Shown here: positions 20,347-29,447 of the stretch, in pieces | How positions within the stretch are numbered: position 1 is the first letter of the stretch | Layout: each line of letters opens with the position of its first letter | DNA from: Promethearchaeota archaeon | Lineage (GTDB): Archaea > Asgardarchaeota > Lokiarchaeia > Sigyniarchaeales > SOKP01 | Reading direction: 5' to 3' | DNA: 52,183 bases | NCBI GenBank assembly: GCA_048938895.1 | Contig: JBHLLU010000029.1 | Location: forward strand, 1 to 52,183 | Notes under the pieces: model-generated | What the model was told of the DNA's origin: nothing | Databases searched by the model: none | What the model saw: only the letters and a program-made list of their open reading frames with translations | Translations under genes and position numbers: made by a program

Positions 20347-21720
20347 TTATAACCTAATATAACGGTTTCTCTCCCATTCACTTACGATGATACGTGCTGC
20401 ATCATATTCCTCAAGCTTGGCATAATAGTAATTCTTAAATGCAGTCTCTCCAAATACTTCTTTCATTAATTCGGAATCTTTAAACTCTAATAATGCTTCA
20501 TGTAGGCTTCCTGGTAAGGATATAATTCCCTCCTTCTCCATCTCTTTTGAAGTGAGATGGTATACGTTCCTATCTTCTGGTGCTGAAATCTCTATGTCGT
20601 CTGATAATACACCCTCCAAGCCCGTAGTCAAAAGAACGGCAAACTGAAGATATGGGTTTCCAGCCGGATCTGGACATCGAATTTCGCATCTAGCAGCATT
20701 ATGTCTACCATGGAAATCAGGTACTCTTATCAGTGGAGATCTATTACGAAAACCCCACCCTAGGTAGATTGGTGCTTCATAACCTGGAACTAGCCGTTTA
20801 TAGGAATTTGGCCAGCTACTTAAGACAGCACACATAGCTCTTGAATATTTTAATTGTCCTGCAATCCATTTCTTCATGGTCATTGAAATATTATCTTTAT
20901 CATTCTCATCATAAAACACATTGGTTCCATTTTTCCACAATGATTGATGTACATGCATCCCAGAACCATTTATACCATGAAAGGGTTTTGCCATAAACGT
21001 TCCAATAAGGTCATGATTCGCAGCAACAGTTTTTACTATTGCTTTAATAGTAATGGTATTATCAGCGGTATTCACAGCCTCATCATAACGAAAATCTATT
21101 TCATGTTGACCATAAGCTACTTCATGGTGGATACATTCAACATTAATTCCCATGGCATCGCTATAATCAGCAATCGTAAACCGTATCATCTCGTTAATAT
21201 CATATGGATCATAATCGAAATATCCCCTCATATCTGAAGGTTTGAATTCCGCTTTTGTATCCGGAGTTAGAACAAAAAATTCCATTTCTGGGGCGCAAAA
21301 ATATTTATACCCATGTTCTTTTGCCTTTCTTGAGGCTCTCTGCAAAATATATCGAGGATCTCCCTCATAACGTCCACCATCAGGTTTATATATATCACAA
21401 ATTACTCTAGCAACTTTATTTTCTTTCCTCCATGGCAGTAAATAAAACGTACTAGGATCAGGAAGCGCAACCTTATCAGACTCTTCAATAGCGCCATATC
21501 CTGTGATAGAACTCCCATCAAAATTCTCCCCAACCTCAAAGATATCTTCGATTCTTTTTGAATTTACTTCAAAAGACTTGATAATTCCATGGATATCTGT
21601 AAACTGAAGATATATAAGTTTAACATCTTCTTCCTTAATTTTCTCAATTACAGCATCACAAAGCTCTTTCCTTTTCGGATCATCTTTTTCAATCATAATA
21701 ACATTCCTTATTTTATTCAA
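20347..21720 (-). CDS. glnA: Glutamine synthetase type I
   Basis: FDGSSI, APEMEFF, HHEVAYGQHEI, NGSGMHVH, YKRLVPGYEAP, EIRCPDP. Confidence 0.97.
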   Translation of the reverse strand: MNKIRNVIMIEKDDPKRKELCDAVIEKIKEEDVKLIYLQFTDIHGIIKSFEVNSKRIEDIFEVGENFDGSSITGYGAIEESDKVALPDPSTFYLLPWRKENKVARVICDIYKPDGGRYEGDPRYILQRASRKAKEHGYKYFCAPEMEFFVLTPDTKAEFKPSDMRGYFDYDPYDINEMIRFTIADYSDAMGINVECIHHEVAYGQHEIDFRYDEAVNTADNTITIKAIVKTVAANHDLIGTFMAKPFHGINGSGMHVHQSLWKNGTNVFYDENDKDNISMTMKKWIAGQLKYSRAMCAVLSSWPNSYKRLVPGYEAPIYLGWGFRNRSPLIRVPDFHGRHNAARCEIRCPDPAGNPYLQFAVLLTTGLEGVLSDDIEISAPEDRNVYHLTSKEMEKEGIISLPGSLHEALLEFKDSELMKEVFGETAFKNYYYAKLEEYDAARIIVSEWERNRYIRL

Positions 21721-22084
21721 AAAATAGATGAGAATCAGTTTTATTCTTTATTAATGCAAAATAGTCTCCCAATATTAGCGGTTTGAAAGATGCTTTTCTA
21801 TTTCTATGGATTTGATAATTTGAATCACAATTCCAATTATGTGTCTCTCTCTCTTGAATTGCCAAATTATTGGGTTCAGGAGATAGTTCTTTCATCAATT
21901 CACGCACTTTATTTGTTTTAAAAGCTGATGATGTAATTGTTAAAAATGCAGAACAATTCCATCTATGGTGCGCTTTATTATCAATCTCACACACACCACT
22001 ATAAATTGAATAGTCTTCACATTCTTGGCATATCAATCTGTCATAAGAATACTTTTTTCCGCATATTGGGCATCTAATTTCCAT
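21713..22084 (-). CDS. Novel Zn-ribbon protein overlapping the glnA start
   Basis: CPIC...CQEC plus HHRWNC/HNWNC repeats; paralogous to 23560..24078. Confidence 0.75.
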   Translation of the reverse strand: MEIRCPICGKKYSYDRLICQECEDYSIYSGVCEIDNKAHHRWNCSAFLTITSSAFKTNKVRELMKELSPEPNNLAIQERETHNWNCDSNYQIHRNRKASFKPLILGDYFALIKNKTDSHLFFE

Positions 22085-22350
22085 TTTTTCTTTTTCTCAT
22101 TTATTTAATTTATAATTAATTCTTTAATAATAGATATGATCGTATATATAAAAATTTTGACCTTCTCTAGTTCATATGTTTACAAAAATGGATAGAAATA
22201 CTTATAAATGATTAATTATATTTATTCAGAGTGATCAAATGATTCAATAAAGAATTTTTGTCGATAGAGAAAGTGATCACTTGGATATTATTTTAATTAA
22301 CTTATGGACAATTGCATAATTTTATAATAATTGAATAACACTCCAAGATA

Positions 22351-22854
22351 ATGACTGAAAATAATAGTATAGCAAATAAGGTCGATTTAGATACAGAGAT
22401 CCTAAAAAAATTATGTTTAGATGGAAGAGTCTCGTTTCGTCAACTTGCAAAAGATTTGGGTAATAAATCTCCTGTTACTATTAAAAAGCATATTGAAGAT
22501 TTAGAACAGAAGGAAATAATTAAAAGTTATGGGGTTCAGATTGATTATGAGAAATTAGGTTATGATATCATTGCCCTTATTGAAATAACAGTCTCTAAGG
22601 GAAAAATGCTTGAAGTTGAAAGAAAAATTGCTCAAAATCCAAACGTATTTGCAGTTTATGACATAACTGGCACTTATGACGCCCTTATTCTTGCCAGATT
22701 TAAAACCAGAGCAGAACTAAGTGAGATGATCAAAGATGAGATAAATACTTCCCCCTTTGTTGAGCGTACTAATACTCACATTGTATTAAACATAATCAAA
22801 GACGAAAGTTCATTTACAAAATTGATCAAAAAAGAAGAAAGCAAAACTAAATAG
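22351..22854 (+). CDS. Lrp/AsnC family transcriptional regulator
   Basis: HTH (DGRVSFRQLAKDLG) plus AsnC C-domain (YDITGTYD, RTNTHIVL). Confidence 0.93.
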   Translation: MTENNSIANKVDLDTEILKKLCLDGRVSFRQLAKDLGNKSPVTIKKHIEDLEQKEIIKSYGVQIDYEKLGYDIIALIEITVSKGKMLEVERKIAQNPNVFAVYDITGTYDALILARFKTRAELSEMIKDEINTSPFVERTNTHIVLNIIKDESSFTKLIKKEESKTK

Positions 22855-23237
22855 ACTGTTTTTACATTTTTAATGTAATTAAAAAATGTTCACTGAATAA
22901 AATATAAAAACCTATTTATGTTCATAATTAATCACAATCTTTTAGTAGAACTCTGAACTTAATTCAATATAAAATTATTATAATCAAAAAAGTCTTCAAT
23001 TTCCACTAAAAAAAAAATAAATTTTGTCGAAAAGAAAATGATTTTACTAAAAATTGTTCAAAAATTGACGGTAAATTTTAAATAGAAGTTCATTTGAACT
23101 AAAAGATTTTCAGTTATTATTTAATGAATGCCAGAATTGTTCACTAATACCTCTTAAATCTAATCTTTTTTTTAGAAAAATCAAAAAAAGCTAGAAGAAA
23201 GTTTAAATAATTAATATTACTACTTTTATTTAAAAAA

Positions 23238-23251
23238 GGGAATTAATTCCC
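23238..23251. promoter_or_regulatory. Palindromic operator candidate GGGAATTAATTCCC
   Basis: Perfect 14-bp palindrome 36 nt after a TATA-like TTTAAATA at 23202; similar sites at 29400 and 34690. Confidence 0.55.
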
Positions 23252-23319
23252 ACAAATAAAAAGCAAACTAAAATAAGAGGTAAAAAAAAACAAAATTTTT
23301 TCAAAAGGAGGTTATAAAA

Positions 23320-23547
23320 ATAACAGTTCAAGAGTATTTTCGAACATGGGAAGAAATATGCTTAGAAAAATTAAAAGAAATAGGACGATGCTCAGCAGCA
23401 CAATGGGCTAGGGCAATGGGATATGGAGATAATCGCAATGGAGTCACAACAGTAATTAAGCGAATTAAAAAAACCATGCCTGAAAAGTTAATAATTTATT
23501 ATAACACACGGCCCCGTTTATATGAAGCTGTAATAGAAGAATATTAA
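23320..23547 (+). CDS. Small winged-helix-like protein, probable ATA start (not in ORF track)
   Basis: 75 aa ITVQEYFRTWEEICLEKLKEIGRCSAAQWARAMGY..RNGVTTVIKRI...NTRPRLYE; GGAGGT 7 nt upstream of ATA; no ATG/GTG/TTG between the upstream stop and this point. Confidence 0.7.
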   Translation: MTVQEYFRTWEEICLEKLKEIGRCSAAQWARAMGYGDNRNGVTTVIKRIKKTMPEKLIIYYNTRPRLYEAVIEEY

Positions 23548-23559
23548 AAAAGGGTGTGA

Positions 23560-24078
23560 ATGAAAATGTTATTAAAGTGTAGATTATGCGGAGCGGAATA
23601 TAACTATGATAGCGAAATATGCCATGCGTGTGAAGAAAAAGCTATCGATAGTAATTTACGCTCTCAAGATGGAGATCACCATAAATGGAGATGTGATACT
23701 TTCTTAGAGTCAAATAGACTGACATTTGGATGTAATTTAGACAAGGGTAAATTAATTGGGCTAAAATTGATTGAATGTCCGGACTGTGGTGAAAAATATT
23801 CCTACGGTAGGCATATACACCATAATTGTAAGGATAACTCAATATCATTTGGTAAGATCTTTGAAGCATCACAAAATACATATCGGTGGAATTGTAATAC
23901 TGCAATGGCTTGTTTAGATACATTAACATCTGAAATAGAATCAGTTGAAACAATTGTAGAAAGAAACCCCCATAGAGAAAAACTCGGGAGAACTGATTAT
24001 AAATGGAATGAAATCTCAACAGTTCAATATAAAAATATTGAAATAGAGAGGAAGAATGGTCCATTGATCTATGAATAA
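23560..24078 (+). CDS. Novel duplicated Zn-ribbon protein
   Basis: Two units of CxxCGxxY[NS]Y...W[RN]C; paralogous to 21713..22084. Confidence 0.75.
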   Translation: MKMLLKCRLCGAEYNYDSEICHACEEKAIDSNLRSQDGDHHKWRCDTFLESNRLTFGCNLDKGKLIGLKLIECPDCGEKYSYGRHIHHNCKDNSISFGKIFEASQNTYRWNCNTAMACLDTLTSEIESVETIVERNPHREKLGRTDYKWNEISTVQYKNIEIERKNGPLIYE

Positions 24079-24224
24079 AATTTATTTTTTAATTTTAAAT
24101 AAGTAAAAAAGAGACAAATATTATGACTAAAACTCAATGCGAGTATGTAGTAGTAAAGAAAGCTTAATAAAATGATTAAAATTAAGTTATCTTTAAGCTT
24201 TTTTGCTTAATTTTTTCATTATAT

Positions 24225-25604
24225 ATGATTAGACACAAAATAATTTTGAAAAGAGGTAAGAAGATTCGGCAGGAGATTGTTTTATTTCCGGGATGTGTAA
24301 TTTCATATCGTTTACCTTTTATTGAAGTATCAATAAGGAAGATTTTGGAATTTCTTGGAATTCCATTTAAAGAAGAGCCGAAATTCTCCTGTTGTCCTGA
24401 TCCAAATGGTATAAAAAATTCCAATGAGTTTTTATTCTCTATTACTGCTGCTCGTAATCTAGCTATTGCTGAAAAAGATGAATGTGATTTATTCACTCCG
24501 TGTAATGGTTGTTTTACATCCCTTAAAAAAGTAAAGTGTGAAATTGAGGAAAATCACCATTTCTTAAGTAAAGTTAACAATTATTTGGATAAGATTGATC
24601 TGAAAGTCCAAGGAGATTCTCAAGTCTTTCATATGGTTGAATTTTTTTATAAATTCAAGAGAGATGCAATCAGAGAGAATTTAAAATATCCCCTGACAGG
24701 ACTGAGAGTCGCTTTACATTATGGATGTCATTTTCTTAGACCGAGTAATAAAATACAACTAGATAATCCATTAGAGCCTAAAATGTTTGATAGTCTTATT
24801 GAAGATTTGGGTGCTCAAAGTGTCAGCTACGATCTAAAGATGGAATGCTGTGGAGGGAGCCTTGAAAGAGCAGGAAAACCTGACTTGTCACTTGAAATAG
24901 TCTGTGCCAAATTATCAAGCATGAAAGAAAAAAACGTAGATTGTATTGTGGTCTGCTGTCCTCAATGTTATATCCAATTTGATTTTTTACAACAGGAATT
25001 AAAGAAGTTGGACTATAAATTTGATATTCCTGTTTTATACTACTCAGAATTATTATGTATTGCTTTAGGGACTGACATTCAAGATCTGATGAGAAAACAT
25101 CATAAAACTGCTGCTGATCCATTATTTGAAAAAATTAAAATCATCCAAAAGAAAAATGAGAAAATTCGAAAATATTTTGATCTTAATTTCTTACTTAAAT
25201 GTCATTCGTGTGGAGCGTGTGACAATGACTGTATTATTGCTAAAATGACTGATTTTAGTCCAAACAAAATTATAGGGAATCTTCTTAATGGCAATATAGA
25301 AGAAGTTATTTCAGATCCAACAATTTGGATGTGTCTTGACTGTTATCTATGTTATGAGCTTTGCCCAATGAGAGTTGGATTAGTTGAAATTTTTACGATT
25401 TTAAGAAATCTTGCAGTCCAGAAGGGGTATATAACTAAAGGGTATGAAACAGAATTTAAAAATTTCTACCAAAAAGGAATTATAGGAATGTTATCAAAAA
25501 CAGCTCGTAAAAAAGTTGGTTTAGAATATAGGAATCCTGATGTTGGGGATTTAAAAGAATTGTTTAACATAATAGAAAGAGAAAATGTCAAACGAGATTC
25601 TTAA
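24225..25604 (+). CDS. HdrB-HdrC fusion (two CCG domains plus 2x[4Fe-4S])
   Basis: FPGC, SCCPDP, TPCNGC, HYGCH, ECCGG, CCPQC; C-terminal CHSCGACDNDC and CLDCYLCYELCP. Confidence 0.88.
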   Translation: MIRHKIILKRGKKIRQEIVLFPGCVISYRLPFIEVSIRKILEFLGIPFKEEPKFSCCPDPNGIKNSNEFLFSITAARNLAIAEKDECDLFTPCNGCFTSLKKVKCEIEENHHFLSKVNNYLDKIDLKVQGDSQVFHMVEFFYKFKRDAIRENLKYPLTGLRVALHYGCHFLRPSNKIQLDNPLEPKMFDSLIEDLGAQSVSYDLKMECCGGSLERAGKPDLSLEIVCAKLSSMKEKNVDCIVVCCPQCYIQFDFLQQELKKLDYKFDIPVLYYSELLCIALGTDIQDLMRKHHKTAADPLFEKIKIIQKKNEKIRKYFDLNFLLKCHSCGACDNDCIIAKMTDFSPNKIIGNLLNGNIEEVISDPTIWMCLDCYLCYELCPMRVGLVEIFTILRNLAVQKGYITKGYETEFKNFYQKGIIGMLSKTARKKVGLEYRNPDVGDLKELFNIIERENVKRDS

Positions 25605-25625
25605 ATTAAGGTAGGTGAGTATGAT

Positions 25626-26819
25626 ATGAGATGGGAAAACTATACTTCATTACCAGAGAGATTTAGGAATCAAAGGGTGTTTGATGGATGTGGCATAACT
25701 GGATTCATTAACATTGATGGAACCAGAGTTTCAGGGGAAAAAGTTATTGATATGCTATGTATATTAAAAGAACGGGAAAACGGGCTTGGAGCTGGGTATG
25801 CTGCATATGGAATTTACCCAGATTATAAAGATTATTATGCTTTTCATTTTCTTCTTGACGATGAAAACGCAAAAACAAGAGTTTTAGATTATCTCAAAAA
25901 AAGTGGTAATCTTATTCATTCAGAACCAATTCCTACTAATACACCTAGTAATGTTGATAATCCTCCTCTTATTTGGAGAGCATTTTTTGATCCTGAAAGA
26001 AAAAATAATCAAAATCCAGATGAAAGTGTCGTTCAAATTGTAATGGATATTAATGCGAATATAGAAAATGCTTTTGTTATGTCTTCAGGAAAAAACATGG
26101 GTGTGTTCAAGGGTAATGGATGGTCTCACGAAATTGCAGATTTTTATAAAATATCAGAATATAAAGCTTATATGTGGTTAGCACACTCAAGATTTCCAAC
26201 AAATACTCCCGGATGGTGGGGAGGAGCACACCCATTTAATCTATTAAACTGTTCTGTTATTCATAATGGGGAAATAACTTCATATGGCACTAATAAGAGA
26301 TACTTAGAATCATTTGGATATAAATGTACATTACACACTGATACAGAAGTTATTGCATATTTAATTGATCTTTTGTGTCGTAAACATAAAATTCCGTTAT
26401 CTGTAGCCACCATAGCTTTAGCACCCCCCTTATTTGAAGAAATTGAGAAATTAAACACAAAACTTCAAGTAATATATAAAAGTATTCGAGCAACTTATAG
26501 AAGTGCTATGTTAAACGGTCCCTTTTCAATAGTTGTTGGATATTCAAACCCAATACCGACTATAATTGGATTATCTGATCGAAAGAAATTACGACCATTG
26601 GTTGTTGGAATCTCTGAAGATGAGAAAACTGTCTACATGAGTAGTGAAGAAGCATCTTTTAGAAGATTAATGCTTTCTAATAGTGATTTTTATTTAAAAG
26701 AGATTTGGCATCCTAAAAGTGGTACTGCTGTTATCGTTAAATTAGGGAAAGGGTTAATTAGAAATGGACTTGAAATCCCTACAATAAAGAAAAGTATATC
26801 ACAAATGGAGGTGTGCTAA
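25626..26819 (+). CDS. Glutamate synthase domain 1 (class II glutamine amidotransferase, GltB1)
   Basis: CGITG nucleophile, RENGLGAG, AHSRFPTNT, HPF, HNGEI, TDTEV. Confidence 0.92.
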   Translation: MRWENYTSLPERFRNQRVFDGCGITGFINIDGTRVSGEKVIDMLCILKERENGLGAGYAAYGIYPDYKDYYAFHFLLDDENAKTRVLDYLKKSGNLIHSEPIPTNTPSNVDNPPLIWRAFFDPERKNNQNPDESVVQIVMDINANIENAFVMSSGKNMGVFKGNGWSHEIADFYKISEYKAYMWLAHSRFPTNTPGWWGGAHPFNLLNCSVIHNGEITSYGTNKRYLESFGYKCTLHTDTEVIAYLIDLLCRKHKIPLSVATIALAPPLFEEIEKLNTKLQVIYKSIRATYRSAMLNGPFSIVVGYSNPIPTIIGLSDRKKLRPLVVGISEDEKTVYMSSEEASFRRLMLSNSDFYLKEIWHPKSGTAVIVKLGKGLIRNGLEIPTIKKSISQMEVC

Positions 26820-28340
26820 ATGGCAATAACACACGAAATTATCTCACATTTTAAAGTTAACATCAATAGAGAAGATTGCAAACAATGTAAACGGTGCATT
26901 AACAATTGTTCTTTCGGTGTTTTTTCTTATAACGGTGAAAGAATCGTTACTGACCATTCTAAATGTGTTGCTTGCCAGAGATGTGTTGTAATGTGCTCAG
27001 GTAAGGCAATCTATATTTCTCAGAGTAAATCTTATTTACCTCCTCATGGTAATTACACAAAGAGAATCCGTAATATTATTTGGGCTCAATCTGGAAGTGG
27101 TGGGGTCCTGCTCTCTGCTACTGGAAATGATAGACCTATTAGATCGATATTTGATGATTTACTTCTTGACGCTTGTCAGGTTACTAATCCCAGCATCGAC
27201 CCCCTTCGTGAGTCTATTGAAACGAAAATATTTTTTGGGCGAAAACCTGAAAAGCTTGAATTTATTGCTGAATCTGAAGACTTGAATGATATATCTCTTA
27301 AAACAATTATTCCCCCTAATTTTGAAATTGATATGCCAATTATGGTTGGGCATATGAGTTTGGGCTCAATTAGTTATAATGCTTGTCAAGCAATTTTTCA
27401 AGCCGTAAGGGAACTCAAAATTATAGCGGGTTCAGGAGAAGGTGGGCTACATCCTGATTTCTACGAATATGCTCCAAACATTATTACTGAAGTGGCTTCA
27501 GGACGTTTTGGGGTAGATATTAATTATTTAACTAATGCAGCAGGGATAGAGATAAAAATTGGCCAAGGAGCTAAACCTGGCCATGGTGGTCACTTACCAG
27601 GAGAAAAAGTTACCAATTTAATATCTCAAACAAGAGGGATACCTAAAGGAAGTGATGCTTTATCACCATATCCTCATCATGATATTTATTCAATTGAAGA
27701 TCTAGCTCAATTAATTGCTGCATTAAAAGAAGCAACAAGATATAAAGTCCCCATTGGAGTAAAAATAGCGGCAGTTCATAATTCTGCGCCAATTGCAGTA
27801 GGTATAGTAAGAGGTGGAGCAGATTTTCTAACTCTTGATGGATTCAGAGGTGGAACAGGCGCTGCACCGAGAATTATACGAGATCATGCGGGGATTCCTA
27901 TTGAGTTAGCGATCGCTGCTGTGGATAAAAGACTTCAAGAAGAAAATCTAAGAGAACAGGTGACGTTAATTGCTGGGGGTTCAATTCGATACTCAGCAGA
28001 TTTAATAAAAGTTATAGCTCTGGGAGCTGATGTAGCAATGTGTTGCCTACCAGTATTGATTGCAATGGGATGTCGAGTCTGTCAACAATGTTTTAGGGGG
28101 CTTTGTTCATGGGGAATTGCTACTCAAAAAGAGCATTTAGTTAGAAGATTAGATATTGATATTGCTAAAAATAGGATAATAAATCTATTTCATTCATGGA
28201 ATGAAGAATTAAGAGAAGTTTTAGGTGCGATGGGAATTGATTCTGTGGAATCTCTTCGCTCAAATAGGGACCGCTTAAGATATATCGGTCCAAATCCGCA
28301 CATTGCGGAAATTTTAGGAGTAAAACATGCAGGTGAATAA
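26820..28340 (+). CDS. Glutamate synthase domain 2 (ferredoxin plus FMN domain, GltB2)
   Basis: Two CxxCxxC at the N terminus, SGEGG, SGRFGV, KIGQGAKPGHGGHLPG, HHDIYSIEDL, CRVCQQC...C. Confidence 0.94.
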   Translation: MAITHEIISHFKVNINREDCKQCKRCINNCSFGVFSYNGERIVTDHSKCVACQRCVVMCSGKAIYISQSKSYLPPHGNYTKRIRNIIWAQSGSGGVLLSATGNDRPIRSIFDDLLLDACQVTNPSIDPLRESIETKIFFGRKPEKLEFIAESEDLNDISLKTIIPPNFEIDMPIMVGHMSLGSISYNACQAIFQAVRELKIIAGSGEGGLHPDFYEYAPNIITEVASGRFGVDINYLTNAAGIEIKIGQGAKPGHGGHLPGEKVTNLISQTRGIPKGSDALSPYPHHDIYSIEDLAQLIAALKEATRYKVPIGVKIAAVHNSAPIAVGIVRGGADFLTLDGFRGGTGAAPRIIRDHAGIPIELAIAAVDKRLQEENLREQVTLIAGGSIRYSADLIKVIALGADVAMCCLPVLIAMGCRVCQQCFRGLCSWGIATQKEHLVRRLDIDIAKNRIINLFHSWNEELREVLGAMGIDSVESLRSNRDRLRYIGPNPHIAEILGVKHAGE

Positions 28341-29178
28341 TGAAATGATTGTAAATGAATCAAAAACCAGACTTTATGAATTTGGATTAGATGAAATATT
28401 AGAAATTAACGCTGCTCCATCTGGAGAGCCACTTGATTATAAAGAGCTTAATACTCAGATAAATGACGCGATTAGTGCAAATTATAGAAATATAGTTTTA
28501 AATAATGTTTGTGGTCAAAGATTTATCGGTGCAGCTTTGCAAGGAAATATTAAGATAATAATTAATGGTATCCCTGGTAATGATCTCGGGATTTTTATGG
28601 ATGGTCCAAAAATTATAGTTAATGGAAACTGTGAGGATCAATCAGGCAATACTATGAACAAGGGCACTATAATTATAGATGGGGATGGGGGAGATGTAAT
28701 AGGATTATCTTCAAGGGGGGGGAACCTCTACATTAAAGGAGATGTAGGTTATAGAGTCGGCATCCATATGAAAGAAAATAGAGATCAATTTCCAGTCTTA
28801 ATAATTGGTGGAACAGCTAAAGACTTTTTAGGTGAATATATGGCTGGGGGCAAAATTGTTATACTTGGTTTGAAAGTTCTTCAGGATGGAACTGTTATTG
28901 AGAATCCACAATCAATTTGTGGTGCTGAATTAGGAACAGGTATTCATGGAGGGGCTATTTATCTTCGCACAGATGAGGATTTAGAAAAAAAATTGGGTAT
29001 AGGTGCAAAAATTTCACTACTCTCAGAGGAAGAGGAAAGAGAAATTACTCAAAATATCACCAAATTTTGTAGAATCTTCAATATTCCATTGGATATTGTA
29101 TGGAACAAAAGCTTTAAAGTGATACGACCAATTTCAAAAAGACCATTTGGTGGAAATTACTGTAAGCAACTAATTTAA
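28327..29178 (+). CDS. Glutamate synthase domain 3 (GXGXG beta-helix, GltB3)
   Basis: GQRFIG, GNDLG, FLGEYMAGG repeats. Confidence 0.9.
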   Translation: MQVNNEMIVNESKTRLYEFGLDEILEINAAPSGEPLDYKELNTQINDAISANYRNIVLNNVCGQRFIGAALQGNIKIIINGIPGNDLGIFMDGPKIIVNGNCEDQSGNTMNKGTIIIDGDGGDVIGLSSRGGNLYIKGDVGYRVGIHMKENRDQFPVLIIGGTAKDFLGEYMAGGKIVILGLKVLQDGTVIENPQSICGAELGTGIHGGAIYLRTDEDLEKKLGIGAKISLLSEEEEREITQNITKFCRIFNIPLDIVWNKSFKVIRPISKRPFGGNYCKQLI

Positions 29179-29294
29179 TTAATCTTACTTCTTCATAAAA
29201 TTGTTCAATTTAAAACACTAAGTTTTAATATTGGAATAGTATAAATGAAACATTGTTCAATAATTATCAATTTTTTAATAATTTTGTATATAAA

Positions 29295-29311
29295 TGAACA
29301 TTTAATGTTCA
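29295..29311. promoter_or_regulatory. Palindromic site TGAACAT-TTA-ATGTTCA
   Basis: Perfect 7-bp inverted repeat upstream of a TATA-like element at 29362; TGTTCA half sites recur nearby and at 22.9-23.1 kb. Confidence 0.5.
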
Positions 29312-29399
29312 AGAGAATTGGAACTTTTTTATCTTAATTTTAATAAATTGTTTAACTAAAGTTTATAAAGATCAAAACCCAATAAGTTATAGAATCAGT

Positions 29400-29413
29400 G
29401 GGTATTCTTTCCC
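29400..29413. promoter_or_regulatory. Operator candidate GGGTATTCTTTCCC
   Basis: One mismatch to GGGAA-N4-TTCCC, 38 nt after TTTATAAA at 29362. Confidence 0.5.
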
Positions 29414-29447
29414 ACCACATATAACAATTAATTTAAGGTTAATTTAA

